DNA of 64,000 nucleotides from a virus (Duplodnaviria; Caudoviricetes): IMG/VR virus record IMGVR_UViG_3300037067_022448, positions 47,030 to 111,029 of that record; one strand, 5' to 3'. Shown piece by piece: positions 61,270 to 64,000 of this stretch (position 1 is its first letter; each line of letters starts with the position of its first letter). The notes under the pieces were generated by a model. It saw only the letters and a program-made list of their open reading frames with translations, ran no database searches and was not told where the DNA came from. The position numbers and the translations under genes were made by a program.

Positions 61270-64000
61270 TTATAAAATATATGTTACTAATGCCCCATAT
61301 ATAATAAATATACCACTTATTGAACTGGATTTTGTATTAAACATTACTGAATGTATTTCATTATTATTTATGTTAGTTGTTATAGTTGGGTATAATGTAA
61401 CCGTAAGATAACCAGAGCTACCACTAATAATTGGAGTTACAGTGTTACTAACATTAATTCCAGATGATGGACTATTCCAATATGTTTTTCTTAATATAAA
61501 AGAAACATCACCTGTAACAATACCATTAAAAAATATATAAACTTGGACATTCTCTATTATCGAACCAATAGGAACATCTCTTTGTGTATATTCAATTCCA
61601 CCAAATTCATAAAAATCTGCTACATAAATTCCACTCATATAACTAGGAAGCAAACCTGCAAACCAATATGAACCGCTATGTGTTGCTGTATACGATATAT
61701 TTGCATTTGTCATAGGTATAACTGCTGTATATGTTCCACCTTTATTCATATAATCAACACTATTAGTTCCAGTAATATTATTTCTAAATACAGATGAGCT
61801 AGTATCAATTAAATTATTATTTGTTACTAAACAATTATCTCCAGTAGAATTAATAATTGAAGTTATGTAAGAAATGCCAGAAGTAAGAGTTGATGAAGCG
61901 GAAAATATATTATTAGAAATTGTACAAGAATATGCTGCATTACTTAACATAGGATATGATCCAATATTATTTAAATTAGTCGTTCTAACAATAAAAAAAT
62001 TATCATTAATGAAATTTTGTCCATAACCTCCACTTGAAGTTATTTCAACTAACGAATTTGGAGTTGGCAATCCAGCATTTTGAACTAACCAGTGTAAAAA
62101 AACATTTTTTGAAATTATTATATTTCCATCAAAAGGAGATGTTCCATCAATTTTTAGTACAGGAGCCTCTGCTGAAATTAAATCTAAAAGCCATCCACTA
62201 GTTAAAAAATTATTTGTTATAATTAGTTCAAAACTGGTATCTATATTAACAGATGTTCTACAACAAACTATTTCATTAGTACTTATTATACTACATGATA
62301 CTTTAGTTAATGAAACACCAATACTTGACCCACCAAAAAAGTAATAAATTTTATTATTTAAAATTGTACTTAAACTTATACTATTATATAGCAAATCAGT
62401 TCCATTTAATAAAATACCATATTTTAAACCTTCATTAGAAGCAGGAGTATTAATAATAACATTATCCAAAATATTAATATTTCTTGAAACTCCAGTAATA
62501 TTTATCGCAGCGCCAGAAGCGACAGTTGTTGCCGTACAATTAAAAATATTTCCAGATATATATAATCCATTAACTTGTCCAATATTTATTAAATTTGCTG
62601 AATCAAGACATGTGTTATTTATAATATTATTAGAAAAATATATATTTTTCGTATTTGTTATTATACCACTTAAATATAAAATATTTTGTCTTATATCATT
62701 AAATAAATTATTTGAAATATAATAATTTTCATTATTTGTAGTAGTTACACTAATATCACCAAAAATAGCAATAGACATATTATAAAAAAAACAATTTTTT
62801 ATATTTACATCTGAAACGCTCATAAACTTGATACCGATACTATTTGAATTATAAGTATCAGCACTAAAAGTACAATTTTCTATTAAAATGTTAGATCCAA
62901 TTGATGAAGAAATAAAGCCATTTAATGGAAAAAGAGCAGTATAGAAATTTATATCACGAATTGTACAACCAGATGTACAAGATATATATGCTGAACTAGA
63001 TGTTAAAACAATTTTTGCATTTCCAAATCGGCCATCTCCTACTAAAAGAGTTCCAAAAGGCAAAAATACAGCGGAATCTAAATAAACATTTCCACGTATT
63101 TTTATTATTTGCGGAACTGAAGAAGAAGTTGTTTGTAATATATTTATATAATTTACAGCAGATTGTAAATCATGAAATGTTCCATATAATAATGTTTTAC
63201 CTTCAACATATTCTTGATCTTCAATAATTAATTCTATTTTGTTATCTAAATTATTTATAAATTTTCTAACATCAAAAACATTAGATATTTGGCTATTTGA
63301 ATTTACTGAAATTACATATAACAAAGTTTTATCTTGACTTTTTAATATTTCAGTTGAAGAAAATGTTGAAATTTTTCCAGTAACATATTGATTATCTTTT
63401 AATAACTTAATAAGTCCATTACTTTCGGCATATAAATTATAAGTAGCTAAGCCATCGTTAGGTATCAAAAATGAAATTTTAGAAGTATCAATAATCATGC
63501 CATTAACTAAAAGTTGCCCACCATTATATAAACAATTTGTGGCACCAATTGTATAAGTTAATGAACAGTCTCTAATTACACCACCACTACGAACTAAAGA
63601 TCTTGGATACGTAATATAATCTCTTGTATAATCAGTTCGTACATCATATCTTCCAACGTTTCCAAATAATCTTCTATCTTCTAGATATTTAAAATATTGT
63701 TTATTATGTAAAACCTTTCCGATATGTAAATATCTTTCTTCACTTTGTCTTGCATAAACATCTATATCTATAGCATTATCACTAGATAATGTTATATAAT
63801 TCTGAATCACTTCAAATTCTATATAATCTGTACCATTTATAGTATAAACTTTAAAGCGATGTCCTGGTATAGATGGTATTGGAAGTATTACTATTTCTCC
63901 ACCGTTTATTACTGTTGATCCAGATCCTCTATATCCAAGTTGTACTATATAAGTTCCACTTACAATAGTGTATGCTAATCTAACAGAACTTGCTGGAAAA
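61270..64000 (-). CDS. Tail fibre/tailspike-like protein with a right-handed beta-helix (pectin lyase-like fold); 5' end outside the window
   Basis: The frame stays open from 63810 to the window edge. Repeats IENCTF, IKNCFF, ISNNLF, FSNNII, ISGNIF, ILDNVI; FHDLQSAVNYI precedes the helix. Confidence 0.75.
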   Translation of the reverse strand, partial: FPASSVRLAYTIVSGTYIVQLGYRGSGSTVINGGEIVILPIPSIPGHRFKVYTINGTDYIEFEVIQNYITLSSDNAIDIDVYARQSEERYLHIGKVLHNKQYFKYLEDRRLFGNVGRYDVRTDYTRDYITYPRSLVRSGGVIRDCSLTYTIGATNCLYNGGQLLVNGMIIDTSKISFLIPNDGLATYNLYAESNGLIKLLKDNQYVTGKISTFSSTEILKSQDKTLLYVISVNSNSQISNVFDVRKFINNLDNKIELIIEDQEYVEGKTLLYGTFHDLQSAVNYINILQTTSSSVPQIIKIRGNVYLDSAVFLPFGTLLVGDGRFGNAKIVLTSSSAYISCTSGCTIRDINFYTALFPLNGFISSSIGSNILIENCTFSADTYNSNSIGIKFMSVSDVNIKNCFFYNMSIAIFGDISVTTTNNENYYISNNLFNDIRQNILYLSGIITNTKNIYFSNNIINNTCLDSANLINIGQVNGLYISGNIFNCTATTVASGAAINITGVSRNINILDNVIINTPASNEGLKYGILLNGTDLLYNSISLSTILNNKIYYFFGGSSIGVSLTKVSCSIISTNEIVCCRTSVNIDTSFELIITNNFLTSGWLLDLISAEAPVLKIDGTSPFDGNIIISKNVFLHWLVQNAGLPTPNSLVEITSSGGYGQNFINDNFFIVRTTNLNNIGSYPMLSNAAYSCTISNNIFSASSTLTSGISYITSIINSTGDNCLVTNNNLIDTSSSVFRNNITGTNSVDYMNKGGTYTAVIPMTNANISYTATHSGSYWFAGLLPSYMSGIYVADFYEFGGIEYTQRDVPIGSIIENVQVYIFFNGIVTGDVSFILRKTYWNSPSSGINVSNTVTPIISGSSGYLTVTLYPTITTNINNNEIHSVMFNTKSSSISGIFIIYGALVTYIL

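Noticed and set aside
1304-63227. The many short plus-strand and nested ORFs in the track (e.g. 15225..15674, 47178..47678, 50875..51246)
   Set aside because: They are antisense or out-of-frame shadows of long genes, with no RBS or motifs. Only 58650..59144 is credible.
1-64000. Alternative genetic code (stop-codon reassignment)
   Set aside because: Genes up to 6.9 kb are open in code 11, and TAA, TAG and TGA all end well-coupled genes. The broken regions need frameshifts, not read-through.
1-64000. tRNA, rRNA or group I intron RNAs around the endonuclease genes
   Set aside because: No cloverleaf or intron core was recognised. The endonuclease ORFs abut complete flanking genes, so they appear free-standing. 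A covariance-model search was not possible.

Overview
This is an AT-rich 64 kb segment of a large (jumbo/huge) myovirus-type phage genome. The host is probably bacterial, judging from DnaB/DnaC-type replication genes, GGAGG Shine-Dalgarno sites and an intrinsic terminator. Almost every real gene lies on the minus strand. In transcription order (right to left) the window holds: a beta-helix fibre/spike gene cut by the window edge; neck/terminator-like genes; a complete contractile tail module (sheath, two tube paralogs, a chaperone with a -1 frameshift signal, tape measure, hub, spike, gp25, baseplate J, a 2301-aa gpI-like wedge with LamG domains, and a dockerin-bearing fibre-like protein); a small ribbon-helix-helix regulator; a ~14 kb glycosylation island (GDP-fucose pathway gmd+fcl, five glycosyltransferase genes, two methyltransferases, a degenerate SDR); a tubulin/FtsZ-family GTPase; and replication genes (SF2 helicase, DnaC-like loader, DnaB). 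Selfish elements are dense: two Ser-initiated inteins (one, unusually, in GDP-mannose dehydratase) and several free-standing endonucleases, two of them decayed. The most striking unexplained signal is an Asp-Gly-Tyr / Asp-x-Tyr-Gly motif. I count about 25 DGY copies in six tail proteins (mostly predicted outer-surface ones) and none in the inner ones. The glycosylation operon and the sheath operon also share an upstream 14-mer. Together these suggest, as a hypothesis only, a phage-encoded virion tyrosine-glycosylation system with its own sequon. All counts were made by eye and no database searches were run.
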